Positions 24,984-34,471 of a DNA stretch of 64,000 nucleotides are shown here, piece after piece; within the stretch, counting starts at the first letter, position 1, and each line of letters starts with the position of its first letter. The position numbers and the translations under genes are program-made. The notes beneath the pieces are model-generated. The model was not told where the DNA came from. It ran no database searches and saw nothing but the letters and a program-made list of their open reading frames with translations. Source of the DNA: Anaerolineales bacterium (lineage in GTDB: Bacteria > Chloroflexota > Anaerolineae > Anaerolineales > UBA4823); the NCBI GenBank assembly GCA_016929095.1, contig JAFGJM010000002.1:128137-192136 (forward strand), read 5' to 3'.

Positions 24984-26396
24984 ATGACTGAAGAAACCCG
25001 TAAAAAACTCGACCTGGAACGAAAACCTATGCCCAAACAGGCTGTGGAAGTTCGCTGCCAAAATTTTCAAGAAGTTGCTCTTGGTTATACCGCCGATTTG
25101 GCAATGGCGGAAGCCAAACGTTGTTTGAATTGCAAAAAACCTCTTTGTATGCTTAAGTGCCCCGTCGAAATCGATATTCCAGGGTTTATTCAATGCATCG
25201 CTAAAGGGGATTTTGAGCACGGCGCGAAAATATTAAAGTCGAAAAATTCCCTGCCCTCTGTGTGCGGTAGAGTTTGCCCGCAAGAGGAACAATGCGAGGG
25301 CGGGTGTGTCCTGGTGAAAAAAGGCGGAGAAATCGCTATAGGTCGGTTGGAAAGATTTTTGGGGGATTGGGAGAACGCACAAACAAACAAGAACCTGCCA
25401 GACATCCCGCCATCCACAGGTAAGAAAGTAGCTATTGTTGGCGGTGGCCCGGCAGGGTTAACCGTGGCAGCCGATTTGATCAAAAACGGTCACGAAGTGA
25501 CCATATTCGAAGCGTTGCATAAAATGGGGGGCGTGCTTGTTTATGGCATTCCCGAATTCAGGCTTCCCAAATCTATTGTGGAGGCTGAAATCGATTATTT
25601 ACGCAAATTAGGCGTAAAAATGATAGTCGATTATGTGGTGGGTAAAACAAAAACCATCGACAGCTTGCTACAAGAATACGATGCCATATTTGTCGGTTCC
25701 GGGGCGGGGTTACCCTGGTTCAGTGAAATGCCTGGCAATAATCTAAATGGGGTTTATTCTGCCAACGAATACCTGACCCGTATTAACCTGATGAAAGGCT
25801 ACCTCTACCCAAAATCTGCCACACCGGTCAAGCCACACCATAAAGTTGCCGTGATTGGTGGCGGGAATGTCGCCATGGATTGCGCCAGAACCGCCCTGCG
25901 ACTTGGCGCAGATACGACAATTATCTATCGCCGCTCCCGACAGGAATTGCCTGCCAGGCTGGAAGAAGTAGAAAACGCAGAAGAAGAAGGCGTTAAGTTT
26001 AATTTTCTCACCCTTCCCGTTCTGTGCCTGGGTGATAAGAACGGCTGGGTTAAAGGTCTCGAATGTATCCGCATGGAACTTGGCGAACCAGATGCCTCAG
26101 GCCGGCGAAGACCGGTTGCGGTGGAGGGTTCGAATTTCTTCATGGAATTCGATTCTGTGATCCACGCGATCGGGAATAGCCCCAATCCTTTGATCCCGGC
26201 GACCACTCCCGGATTGGAAATCGGGCGCAAAGGTAATATCGTTGCTGATGAAGCCACCGGGAGAACCTCCAAAGAAAGGGTATGGGCTGGCGGCGATATT
26301 GTCACCGGCGCCGCGACGGTTATCCTCGCCATGGGTGCAGGTAGAAAAGCTGCCCGCTCCATGCACGAATATCTAACCAATCCAACTCACTGGTAG
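24984..26396 (+). CDS. nfnB: NfnB/GltD-like NADPH oxidoreductase large subunit
   Basis: CLNCKKPLC, VCGRVCPQEEQCEGGC, VAIVGGGPAGL, VIGGGNVAMDCART. Confidence 0.75.
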   Translation: MTEETRKKLDLERKPMPKQAVEVRCQNFQEVALGYTADLAMAEAKRCLNCKKPLCMLKCPVEIDIPGFIQCIAKGDFEHGAKILKSKNSLPSVCGRVCPQEEQCEGGCVLVKKGGEIAIGRLERFLGDWENAQTNKNLPDIPPSTGKKVAIVGGGPAGLTVAADLIKNGHEVTIFEALHKMGGVLVYGIPEFRLPKSIVEAEIDYLRKLGVKMIVDYVVGKTKTIDSLLQEYDAIFVGSGAGLPWFSEMPGNNLNGVYSANEYLTRINLMKGYLYPKSATPVKPHHKVAVIGGGNVAMDCARTALRLGADTTIIYRRSRQELPARLEEVENAEEEGVKFNFLTLPVLCLGDKNGWVKGLECIRMELGEPDASGRRRPVAVEGSNFFMEFDSVIHAIGNSPNPLIPATTPGLEIGRKGNIVADEATGRTSKERVWAGGDIVTGAATVILAMGAGRKAARSMHEYLTNPTHW

Positions 26397-26430
26397 TTTT
26401 CGATATTCTTCACAAAATCCAGATATTTAA

Positions 26431-26466
26431 GAAACCAGGGTCACACACCTGGTTTCTTCTTTATTG
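26431..26466 (+). terminator. Rho-independent terminator of the five-gene operon
   Basis: GAAACCAGG-GTCACACA-CCTGGTTTC followed by TTCTTTATT. Confidence 0.7.
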
Positions 26467-26654
26467 TAAAACCTTTTATCCGATTATTACGAAATTGTAT
26501 CATTGCGGAGGCAATATTAATGCGCCATAATTAATTCCTGGAATAAGATTTATGACCATTAATTAAGGAAGGTAAGAATGCAGGAAGGTTACTTTCTGCT
26601 ATAAAATATACGGACGTTCTTTGTCCGGCATTATGATTGTAATGATCTTTTATT

Positions 26655-27662
26655 CTATTCTACGATAACTTTAGTCCCGGCTTCTTTATCTTCAACATAA
26701 TCCTCGCCAAACGGAACGATTGGCGTTGTCCACCTGAATAACCATTTGGCAGCTTTAGGGGTTAAATTAATACATCCATGGCTACGTGGCGTTCCATAAT
26801 CGTGATGCCAATAGGTGCCGTGTAATGAGACACCCGTCCAGGAAATGAAGCAAACCCAGGGCACGCCTGGCAGATCGAATCCGTTTCCCTCATCAGCCGC
26901 CATATGCCGGGAGGGTTGTTTTCGCTCTATCCTGTATTCTCCTACGGGTGTACTCCCCTCAAACGTACCTGTCGATGCCGGTGCCGCGAAAACCATGCGT
27001 CCATTCTCAAACGCTGCCACTTTTTGATTTGCCAGATTCACAACTATCTTTTTATCCGTGACTTCAGGGGAAATCGGCGAAATTTCAGAAGCCTCGATTG
27101 GACGCAAATGTTCTGCGAGGACATAGTAGGAACCCCCTAAAAGATCATCAATAATCCGGTACCATACATCTCCATAGGCATCTGTAGACACTTCATACAC
27201 CCAATACGTACTGGCAAAATATAACCGGTAAGCCCGTTTTAGTTTAGATTTTTCGTTAATCCAAGCCTGAGTCCAGGGAACCGATACTTCGGCTAAAAAT
27301 CCATCTTTAGGAACATCAAAAACAGGCTCGTTCAATTTTTCTTCGACAGGTTGTACATACAAACCCCGTATCCAGCCATCTTCTGTGCGTAACCACAATG
27401 GGTTTTTCTCTGGTTTCGGATCCCCCAATGCTGTTTCATAAATCTTGACTGTTTCATCAGTCAGATAATACCCTAATTCATGACTTGATACTGTAGGGGT
27501 TTCATAATACCGAAGTGACTGCGTTGTGCGTCCCAGTCGAAAGGTCTGTGTGTTTTGCGCGAGGGCGTTGGTTTTTTTATAATACGTCGAAAACGCGGCG
27601 CTTAATAATGCAGCGCCGCCCAATTTGAGGAATTGGCGCCTTGTGATGGAATGATCTGACAT
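26655..27662 (-). CDS. Tat-exported L,D-transpeptidase (YkuD family)
   Basis: Twin-arginine signal ITRRQFLKLGGAAL. Catalytic HGTYWHHDYGTPRSHGCINL. Confidence 0.8.
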   Translation of the reverse strand: MSDHSITRRQFLKLGGAALLSAAFSTYYKKTNALAQNTQTFRLGRTTQSLRYYETPTVSSHELGYYLTDETVKIYETALGDPKPEKNPLWLRTEDGWIRGLYVQPVEEKLNEPVFDVPKDGFLAEVSVPWTQAWINEKSKLKRAYRLYFASTYWVYEVSTDAYGDVWYRIIDDLLGGSYYVLAEHLRPIEASEISPISPEVTDKKIVVNLANQKVAAFENGRMVFAAPASTGTFEGSTPVGEYRIERKQPSRHMAADEGNGFDLPGVPWVCFISWTGVSLHGTYWHHDYGTPRSHGCINLTPKAAKWLFRWTTPIVPFGEDYVEDKEAGTKVIVE

Positions 27663-28068
27663 AAAGCTTACCTGAAGAATAACCTTTCATAGTGATAATA
27701 GTATTAATTATAACCAATTCTTACCTGATTTTCGAGATGATAAACGATTCCTGGGCGAGTTAGAGGTAAATTCCTTCCCCCTAAAATATATTGTTATTTT
27801 CGTTTTCCATTTTTTTGCCTTTCATGCATTGCCAAACAACGGTATGGGATTATTGCTTTCGCTTTTTTCCTCATGTATAATAAAAATGAAAAAGTTAAAA
27901 AATGTTTTCATACGGCGGGATTTCATCAGTATTGTCATCATTTCATTAACACCGCCTTAGCAAATACCCGCCCCTTTCGTGAGCGTTTTTTTTAATAAAC
28001 TAGAACCGCATTCGCAGCAGAAATCTGGTGTATGGTATTGTGTATGTTTCGGAGAAAGGTGGAATGCA

Positions 28069-28956
28069 ATGAGAAAAGAGAACACAACCTTGAAAATACT
28101 ATTTGCGCACGATGGCTCAGAACACTCCCAGGCTGCTATTTATTTGCTTTCTGATTTACCAGTTCATCAATCAAGTTCAATAATCGTGGTTTGCATTCTT
28201 CCGGAGCGGCAAATATCCGAACGCGGGAATTTTGAAAATATTCTAACTCAAGCCCATAACCAATTGGAAGGAGATGGTTTTCGTGTAGACTCCCGGCTTA
28301 TAATCGGGGATCCTGCCGAAATGATTGTCAAAACTGCCGAAGAAGAAAACCCGGACCTGATCGTATTAGGGGCAATTGGATTGCGAGCTACCCTGGGTAT
28401 ATTATTAGGGGGTGTTGCTCAACAAATTGTCGAATATGCCAAACAGGCAGTATTGATAGTACGCGCTCCCTACCTGGGTTTAAAAAACGTCTTGTTGGTC
28501 ACTGATGGATCAGAACGTAGCCAAAAAACCCTGGACTACTTACGCCGTTTCCCTTTACCGAGCAGTGCACACGTAAAGGTGATGCATGTATTACCGCCTT
28601 TGCCATCGCCCGAAATTATCGTGCGTACCTGGCCTATGGGGGCTGAAGCAATACCTCCCCTGCCGCCCGCTACACTCAGTGAAGAATTCGATAAATGGGA
28701 AGCAGAAGAAAAACAACAAGGGCAAAAAATACTCGAACAATCGGTAAACTCGTTGAAATCGGTCGGTAAAGAAGCAACCAGCCTTCTGAAACGAGGCGAT
28801 GCCGCTACCGAAATCATAGACTTCGTTAAATCTGAAAAAATCGATTTGATCATCTCAGGTTCACGGGGAGTCAGCCGGTTTCAAGGCTGGCTTTTGGGTA
28901 GTGTTTCACGTAAATTGATCCATTACGCTGGCTGCTCGATCCTTGTCGTAAAATAA
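28069..28956 (+). CDS. Tandem universal stress protein (UspA) domains
   Basis: ILFAHDGSEHS...DLIVLGAIG and VLLVTDGSERS...DLIISGSRG...CSILVV. Start trimmed to ATG 28069. Confidence 0.7.
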   Translation: MRKENTTLKILFAHDGSEHSQAAIYLLSDLPVHQSSSIIVVCILPERQISERGNFENILTQAHNQLEGDGFRVDSRLIIGDPAEMIVKTAEEENPDLIVLGAIGLRATLGILLGGVAQQIVEYAKQAVLIVRAPYLGLKNVLLVTDGSERSQKTLDYLRRFPLPSSAHVKVMHVLPPLPSPEIIVRTWPMGAEAIPPLPPATLSEEFDKWEAEEKQQGQKILEQSVNSLKSVGKEATSLLKRGDAATEIIDFVKSEKIDLIISGSRGVSRFQGWLLGSVSRKLIHYAGCSILVVK

Positions 28957-28969
28957 TCAAAAAAAGCTA

Positions 28970-29004
28970 AGCGTGCGACGTGTTCTTCTTTTACGTCGCA
29001 CGCT
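28970..29004. terminator. Bidirectional hairpin terminator between convergent genes
   Basis: 12-bp stem AGCGTGCGACGT / ACGTCGCACGCT with a T-rich loop and flank. Confidence 0.65.
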
Positions 29005-29047
29005 CTTATTTAAATCGTGGTTGTCGTCAATAAATTAACTACGGTGA

Positions 29048-29953
29048 TTATAAAATGGGGAGTAAATACTCATAGGCGCTTAACGCGGCTTTTGCGCCTT
29101 CACCTACCGCAATTAACACCTGTTCTGCAAAACCATCGGTAACATCGCCTGCCGCGAATATTCCAGGTATGTTAGTGCGCGCCATGTAATCCACCTTTAC
29201 CCGTCCGAATTCATCCAATTTAACCAGGCCAGCCACCATTTGCGAATTAGGAATTAATCCCATTTCAACAAAGGTGCCTTCCGATTCGATTTCCTCAATA
29301 TTCCCTTCGGGGCTTTTTACTATGACTTTTTCACAATAATCATTCCCCTTTACTTCAATCACCTGGTACGCTTTAAAGACGGTGACATTTTCTAACTGGC
29401 TTAGTTTTTTCCCCAGGGATGTGTTCAACGAATCATCGCTAATCCCGACCATGTGCACGTGTTTTGCCACTGTCGCTAACTCTGCCGCTGAGCGTAACGC
29501 CAAATCTCCATCACCGACAATAACGGTTTTTCGATCGATGAGAAGAGGCGCATAACTCAGGGCAGAATAGCACAGTCCTCGCATAATGAATTTTCTCTCG
29601 CCAGGCACTTCAAGGCGTTTTAACCTTACACCCGAGGCAACGATGACGGCTTTAGCAGTCAACTCACCTCCGCCTCGCGTATGCACCATAAAGCCATCCG
29701 TTTTCTTTTCGAGTAATTCAACCGCTTCCATGTGGCGGGCAAATTTCAAATACTCCAATTCGGTACGGAATTTATTGACCACCTCAATGCCGCGGATCAC
29801 TTGGTAATCTTCAACCCACGGCAAAGATAAACGATACTGCGTTTTTCCTCCCAGATCTTTTGACACCAATAACGCATTCAAGCGTTTACGGATGGCATAG
29901 ATCATCGCCGTAAGGCCTGCAGGACCACCGCCAATAATAATTAAGTCGTACAT
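29048..29953 (-). CDS. Thioredoxin-reductase-like FAD/NAD(P) oxidoreductase without the redox CxxC
   Basis: MYDLIIIGGGPAGLTA, VIVGDGDLA, AAGDVTD. The site equivalent to CATC reads GLCYSALSYAP. Confidence 0.6.
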   Translation of the reverse strand: MYDLIIIGGGPAGLTAMIYAIRKRLNALLVSKDLGGKTQYRLSLPWVEDYQVIRGIEVVNKFRTELEYLKFARHMEAVELLEKKTDGFMVHTRGGGELTAKAVIVASGVRLKRLEVPGERKFIMRGLCYSALSYAPLLIDRKTVIVGDGDLALRSAAELATVAKHVHMVGISDDSLNTSLGKKLSQLENVTVFKAYQVIEVKGNDYCEKVIVKSPEGNIEEIESEGTFVEMGLIPNSQMVAGLVKLDEFGRVKVDYMARTNIPGIFAAGDVTDGFAEQVLIAVGEGAKAALSAYEYLLPIL

Positions 29954-29987
29954 CCCTCACCTGGATTTCTAGGTTTTATTTTGAATA

Positions 29988-31346
29988 TTAAACTGGCGCC
30001 TCAGGAATAAAACCTTCTTTCATCATCATCTGGGTTAAGTCGCGGGACCGTTTGATGATCTTCCGAGCTTGTTCATATACCTCATCATAGGTCATCTTCT
30101 TACCAGCAACGCCAATTTCCTGGGCTTTCATAGCTACAGCAGCCGCTTCCCTGGGGAATACTTCCCAATCATCCATATTTGGAAGGATATGTTCGGCATC
30201 TATCTTATCGCTAATTTGATTCGCCATGGCTTCAGCTGCGGCAAAACACATCTCATCGGTTATGGTCTTTGCGCGTACGTCTAAAGTGCCGCGGAAAATA
30301 CCAGGAAAACCAAGCGAGTTGTTGACCTGATTGGGGAAATCGGAGCGACCGGTAGCCACCACGACTGCACCCGCTTCCTTTGCTTCCCACGGCCAAATCT
30401 CCGGCACCGGATTGGCGCAGGCAAACACAACCGCATCTTTATTCATGGTTTTAATCCATTCGGGATTGATTACCCCGGGTCCGGATTTAGAAAGGGCAAT
30501 AACCACATCGGCGCCTTTGATAGCATCCGGCATTTGCCCTTCACGCCCTTCAGCATTGGTGGTTTCACAGAGTCGCCATTTATCAACATATTCCGCTTTA
30601 CGCATCTCAAGGTCTTTGCGGTGCTTGCCAAGAATGCCCTTTGAATCCACCATGCAGCATTTCGCAGGATCGGCGCCCCAACCAAATATTAATCGTGAAC
30701 AAGCCACATTAGAAGCCCCTGTACCGATGAATGTTATTTTTACTTCACTCATCTTTTTGCCAACTACTTTTAATGCATTGATCAAACCGGCTAAAGTAAC
30801 CGTCGCGGTCCCTTGTTGATCATCATGCCAGACGGGTATTTCGGCTTTTTCCCTCAAAGTATCCAGAATATAGAAGCATTTCGGGTTGGAAATATCTTCC
30901 AGGTTAACCCCACCAAACCCGGGTTGTAACAATAAAACGGTTTCGATGATGGCGTCCGGGTCTTTTGTATCGAGCATAATGGGAACGCCGTCTACCCCGC
31001 CCAAATACTTATATAGGAGCGCCTTACCTTCCATCACCGGAAGTCCGGCTTTTGGGCCGATATCGCCCAGCCCTAATACACGCGTGCCGTCACTAACGAC
31101 TGCTACAGTGTTCCATTTATTTGTATGTTCATAAACCAATTCCGGATCTGCTTCAATGGCTTTGCATGGATCAGCAACACCAGGTGTGTACCAAATTGCA
31201 AAATCATCGAAACTTCTCACGGTGCATTTTAAAGCGGTTTCGACTTTTCCTCGATAAAAAGGGTGCAGTACCATTGCATCGGCAGCTGGTTTTTTTGCTT
31301 TTGCAAGTAGTTCTTCAACTGTGACCTTTTTTTGTTCGTTCGACAT
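29988..31346 (-). CDS. NAD(P)-dependent malic enzyme
   Basis: YTPGVADPC, VAVVSDGTRVLGLGDIG, FGGVNLEDI, GTGASNVA. ATG 31346 follows GGAGG. Confidence 0.85.
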   Translation of the reverse strand: MSNEQKKVTVEELLAKAKKPAADAMVLHPFYRGKVETALKCTVRSFDDFAIWYTPGVADPCKAIEADPELVYEHTNKWNTVAVVSDGTRVLGLGDIGPKAGLPVMEGKALLYKYLGGVDGVPIMLDTKDPDAIIETVLLLQPGFGGVNLEDISNPKCFYILDTLREKAEIPVWHDDQQGTATVTLAGLINALKVVGKKMSEVKITFIGTGASNVACSRLIFGWGADPAKCCMVDSKGILGKHRKDLEMRKAEYVDKWRLCETTNAEGREGQMPDAIKGADVVIALSKSGPGVINPEWIKTMNKDAVVFACANPVPEIWPWEAKEAGAVVVATGRSDFPNQVNNSLGFPGIFRGTLDVRAKTITDEMCFAAAEAMANQISDKIDAEHILPNMDDWEVFPREAAAVAMKAQEIGVAGKKMTYDEVYEQARKIIKRSRDLTQMMMKEGFIPEAPV

Positions 31347-31714
31347 TTTATCCTCCAAAATAATTTTTCATAATTAAATCAAGAGACAATGTGTCACCAC
31401 AACAATCTGCTTTGAGAAAAGCTTGCAGGATTATTTCACCTCCATTCCCCATAGAATCCATTTGCTCGAATGATTTATTTGCGCGAATAAATACCTCTTA
31501 GTGCATTGTATCAATAACATGAATGAAAGTCATTTGCTAAAGATAATGTAAAAGTCATGACCTCATTCTGACATATGTCACAGTTTTTAATAATAATTTT
31601 ATTATTTAAATACTGAATTTATTATGTGAATTGATCCGCCGATGATTGATCCCCTAACATTATTCCTTATTGTCGCCCTACTAAAAAATGCCTTCCTGAA
31701 AAACAATAAAATAA

Positions 31715-31743
31715 ATCCCCGGGTATTAATACTCCCCGGGGAT
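31715..31743 (-). terminator. Rho-independent terminator downstream of fdhA
   Basis: Minus strand reads ATCCCCGGG-GAGTATTAATA-CCCGGGGAT followed by TTATTTTATTGTTTTT. Confidence 0.65.
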
Positions 31744-31759
31744 ATTACAGGTGATTTCG

Positions 31760-34447
31760 TTATTTCACTTTTTCGATCTTAACCGCGCAGGCTTTATATT
31801 CTGCAGTTTTTGTTTCAGGATCGAACACGTTGTTGGTAAGCCAGTTTGCATTTCCTTCTCGGAAGTGGAACGCCATCCATACCAATCCCGGTGGAATTTG
31901 TTCGGTCACGCGTGCTTTGACCTTTACCGACCCCCGGCGTGAACTTACCATGACATATTCGCCATTTTCAATACCCAGGTGTTCGGCGTCAGCAAACGAA
32001 ATATCAGCCGTCTCTTCCGAAAGTATCTGATCTAAACCAACCCTGCTGGTTTGTGTTCTTGTGTGGTAATGGAACAGGCGTCGTCCCGTACTCAGCATAA
32101 GCGGGTATTCATTATCTGCGACTTCTGCCGGGGGCGTCCAGTCAATTGCCTTGAACAATCCTTTACCACGCGAGAACTTACCCTCTTTATGCAAGAACTT
32201 GGTCCCCGGATGATCGACCGTTGGGCAAGGCCATTGTAAACCATCCTTCTCGATACGCGAGTATTTAATGCCGCCATAAGCTGGTGCAAGAACAGACACC
32301 TCGTTATCCCATATTTCTTGCGCGCTGTTTGACTCCCAATCGTAACCCATTCGTTTGGCGATTTCTTTGAAAATCCACCAGTCCGGCTTTGCCATTCCCG
32401 GGGCTTCTTTAATCTTGCGTACCCGGTTTACTCTGCGTTCGCTGTTTGTAAAAGTACCATCGTCCTCACCCCAGGCAGTAGATGGGAAAACAACATGCGC
32501 AAAACGAGTGGTTTCCGTAGGAAAGATTTCATTGCACACCAAGAATTCTGCCGAAGCAAGTTCTTTTTCAACATGGGCAATATTGGGTTCCGAATTTGCA
32601 AGGTTCTCACCGAAGATATAAAAACCACGGACTTTTTTGGTTACTAAACCGGCCATCATATCCGGAATAGTGAGTCCAACTTTTTCTGAAAGATTGGGGT
32701 TGCCCCAGGCTTTGGCAAATTTTTCTTTACTTTCTTTACTCGTGACAGCCTGATAGCCAGGGTATACGTTTGGAAGAGCGGCCATATCACAAGCCCCTTG
32801 GACGTTATTCTGGCCTCGCAGCGGATTTACACCTGCACTTTCCAAACCCATGTTTCCGAGAAGCATTTGCAGATTGGCTACCGACATCACGTTATTTTTT
32901 CCGCAGGTGTGCTCCGTAATGCCCAATGTATAGCAAGCCATCGCCGGTTTTATCGAAGCCAAGGTATGGGCGATCTCTTTGATTAATTCAATAGGGACCC
33001 CGGATATTTCCGCTGCTTTTTCGGGAGAATACTCCAAGACTTTTGATTTCAAAGCCTCGAAATCTTCACAGTTTTCCTCAACAAATTTTTTATCATAAAG
33101 ATCTTCAGTGATCAATACATTCATGAGTCCGTTCAGGAAAGCGATATCAGAACCGACTTTGATCTGAGCAAATAGGTCTGCTCTTGTTGCAAGAGGCTGA
33201 TTCCGCGGATCGACAACGATAAGTTTGGCGCCCTTTTTTAATGCCCGTTTGAGAAAATAAGAGGCAACCGGGTGCGCTTCGGTCATGTTTGTACCAATCA
33301 AGAAGAATAATTTTGCGTTTTCAAATTCACTGAATGAATTTGTCATTGCGCCTGAACCAAAGGAGGTCACCAGACCGGCGACCGTTGGAGCGTGTCAGGT
33401 ACGGGCGCAGTGATCGATGTTGTTTGTCCCAAAGACCCCCCGGAACAATTTTTGCATATTGTAAGAATCTTCGTTTGAACTTCTGGCACAACTCACTCCT
33501 GCCAGTGTATCCGGGCCGGATTCTTGGATTATTTGTTTGAATTTCCCGGCTACCAGGTCAAGCGCTTCATTCCAACTGGCTTCACGGAAAACACCATTCT
33601 CTTTGATAAGCGGCGTAGTGAGACGGTCGCCCGAATAAATAAAGTCATAACCGTAGCGTCCTTTCACACACAGGTGCCCCTGGTTGGGTTGTGCGTCTTC
33701 AACACCGGTAACTCGAACAATCTGATCCTCCTTCATATGGAGTTCAAGCTGGCATCCCACACCACAATATGGACATGTCGTCCTGACTGTATGCGTTTCC
33801 CAGGTGCGCGCTTTTCCGATTGCCTTTTTATCGATCAGCGCACCCACAGGGCAGAGTTGAACACATTCACCACATTGAACACAGGTGGATTCTCCCATCG
33901 GAATATCGTTATCACAAATTACCTTTATTTCCCCGCCTCGATACCCAAAGTCGAGCACTTCATTGACCACCAACCGGTTGCACCCTTCAATACATCTGCC
34001 ACATTTTATGCATTTTCCTGGATCACGAAGGATAAATACACCCGATTCATCTCTTTCTTCGGGTTGTTCGATCAGGAAAGCGGGAATTTCTATACCGAGA
34101 TGATAGGCTGCATCCTGTAGTTCACAATCACCATTCACTTCGCAAGAAAGACAATTGTGATTCCCATTCGACAGCAGAAGATTAACAACTGTCTTACGAG
34201 CTTCTATCACCCGTTCGGTATTTGTGAGGACTTTTGCGCCTTCCGCGGGGATCGTTGCACAAGATGGTTGAAGCCCGCGCATCCCTTCAACTTCCACAAC
34301 GCACACACGGCACATGCTCGCCGGCCCCAGTTTTGGATGGTAACAAAGAGAAGGGATATAAATATTATTTTCTCTGGCTATCTCAAGCAGAGTTTTGTTC
34401 CCCTCATATTCAATCTTTTTCCCATCAATAAAAACCGTTTTTGTCAT
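31760..34447 (-). CDS. fdhA: Selenocysteine-containing formate dehydrogenase alpha subunit (NuoG-like Fe-S N-terminus + Mo/W-bisPGD domain); in-frame TGA at 33395-33397
   Basis: ORFs 33395..34447 and 31760..33370 are in the same frame. The junction reads [32 protein letters not shown], the canonical FDH Sec-His site. Confidence 0.85.
33365..33383 (-). promoter_or_regulatory. SECIS-like hairpin 11 nt downstream of the UGA
   Basis: mRNA GGUCGCC-GGUCU-GGUGACC: 7-bp stem (one G:U) with GGU in the apical loop. Confidence 0.6.
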
Positions 34448-34471
34448 ATCAAATTCTCCTAAGTCATGCCC

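Noticed and set aside
31760-34447. Disrupted/pseudogenised formate dehydrogenase
   Set aside because: The single in-frame TGA sits exactly at the conserved Sec/Cys-His active-site position and is followed by a SECIS-like hairpin. I interpret it as selenocysteine.
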